This document shows positions 62,863-64,000 of a stretch of 64,000 nt of DNA, in pieces; position 1 is the stretch's first letter; every line of letters begins with the position of its first letter. The DNA comes from Lama guanicoe (taxonomy: Eukaryota). The position numbers and the translations under genes are program-made. The stretch is taken from assembly GCA_013239625.1 (NCBI GenBank), contig MU053934.1, positions 1,519,285 through 1,583,284 of the forward strand, given 5' to 3'. Under the pieces are notes generated by a model. It did not search any database and had not been told where the DNA came from. It saw only the letters and a program-made list of their open reading frames with translations.

Positions 62863-64000
62863 GGTAGAGAACCACCCTGCTAGCGGTGTCATTCAGTCCC
62901 CAGGTGGAAGTGACTTCTTGGCCTCACCACAGGCAGGGACTACTTTGGGCTGGGCTGGGGGCCGTCCACGAGACAGGCATCTGCAGACGGTGCAGGTGCA
63001 GCCCAGCCACACTTCACACCAGCTGCAGGCAGGTGCGGCCCCCTCACCCCACAACACAGGAGTTGCCTGCCAAGAGGCCCTATGGCTCTCCATGACTGAT
63101 GTGTCTGCATCCTCAGGGCACCTCACTGCTGTCCCCACTCAGGCCAGCTCCTGCCTGGCAACAGTAGCACACGATCACGAGGGAGGGAGGGCATGTGCAC
63201 AGGGTTGGCGTGGTGGGGCAGGGAGCCTGCAGAGAGGATGCCGGCCATCCTGTCTAAGGCCCAGGGGCCAGGCACCATACCAGGCTCTACATGGGCTCGT
63301 GGAGTCATCACAGCCCTGGGCAAAGCAAAGTTGCTTCTTGTTTTACAGAGGCCGACTCTGTGACTCAGTGGGTCATGTGAGCCGTGCCAGGTGCAGCTGT
63401 TTATCACGTGCTGGACACTTCCTCACACATCCGTGCATTGTCCCCATTTTCCTGATGACAACACAGAGGCTTAGCTGGATGACTGGGCACACAGCTCAAG
63501 GAGCTGGGTCACAGGTCAGGCACAGGTGTCAGTTCTTGTCTCCATGGCAGCTCAGGAGCCCCAGGCCTTGGCATACCCTCCCTTTCCCGGTCTGGACTCC
63601 ACACCAGGCTCCCGAAGGACCACTCCTTGAGGCATGTTGGAGCCTCTGGGCCCAGCATGCGGTGAAAGAAGGGAAGGGGGCTGGTATGGGGCTGGAGCGG
63701 TTGACCTGCCTGAAAGGTTGGCCTGTGGAGGAGAGCGGAAGTCGAAATGCCTGGGTCCAGGGACCCTGGGTGGCCGGAGTGGGGCTCCGTCTGCTCTGAG
63801 CCGCCACCAGCTCCCGCCAGCAGGGGGCGGGCTGCACCTGTGTTCTGAGGCGCGGCGTGGAGCGGGGCACACGGGAGACCAGGGCCAGCCAGCCCTCCAG
63901 GTGAAGCTGGGGCAAGGAAAGCAGCCTGGGGGCAGCTACAGTGGGACCGGGGGCTTGTCCGTCCTCTAGGCAGGGAGGAGGGGGCTCGCTGTCTAGGCAT

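Noticed and set aside
62609..63799. 396-aa ORF downstream of TOM1
   Set aside because: Spans the TOM1 3'UTR and poly(A) site, no recognisable domain, composition typical of chance ORFs in GC-rich DNA
62900..64000. HMOX1 exons or clustered enhancers expected from synteny
   Set aside because: No HMOX1 coding sequence or clustered StRE elements visible; presumably beyond the window

Overview
Mammalian genomic DNA, probably camelid (inferred from tRNA-Ala-type vic-1-like SINEs). Two head-to-tail + strand genes are present. The first is the 3' part of HMGXB4: 7 coding exons from 1 to 18603, giving the C-terminal 351 aa with the HMG box, then a ~2 kb 3'UTR with poly(A) signals near 20574-20649. 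The second is a complete TOM1 gene: CpG-island promoter with a perfect CLEAR box, 15 GT-AG exons from 23765 to 62107, 1479 nt CDS = 492 aa, ATTAAA at 62857. Introns hold ERV1-type solo LTRs, MLT elements, L1/L2/MIR fragments, MER transposons and four young SINEs. I found no new gene system. The most notable extras are in TOM1: (1) an in-frame candidate cassette exon in intron 12 encoding a motif like the myosin VI-binding IEQWL; (2) a diverged copy of exon 6 in intron 3 with an intact splice acceptor, in frame with exon 4; (3) a candidate alternative first exon that would give a 460-aa VHS-truncated isoform. Also notable are a SINE carrying ~170 nt of extra sequence inside its target-site duplication and a 117-bp duplication that looks like an assembly artefact. 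Most ORFs in the supplied track are spurious. Repeat family names are from recognition, not a database search.
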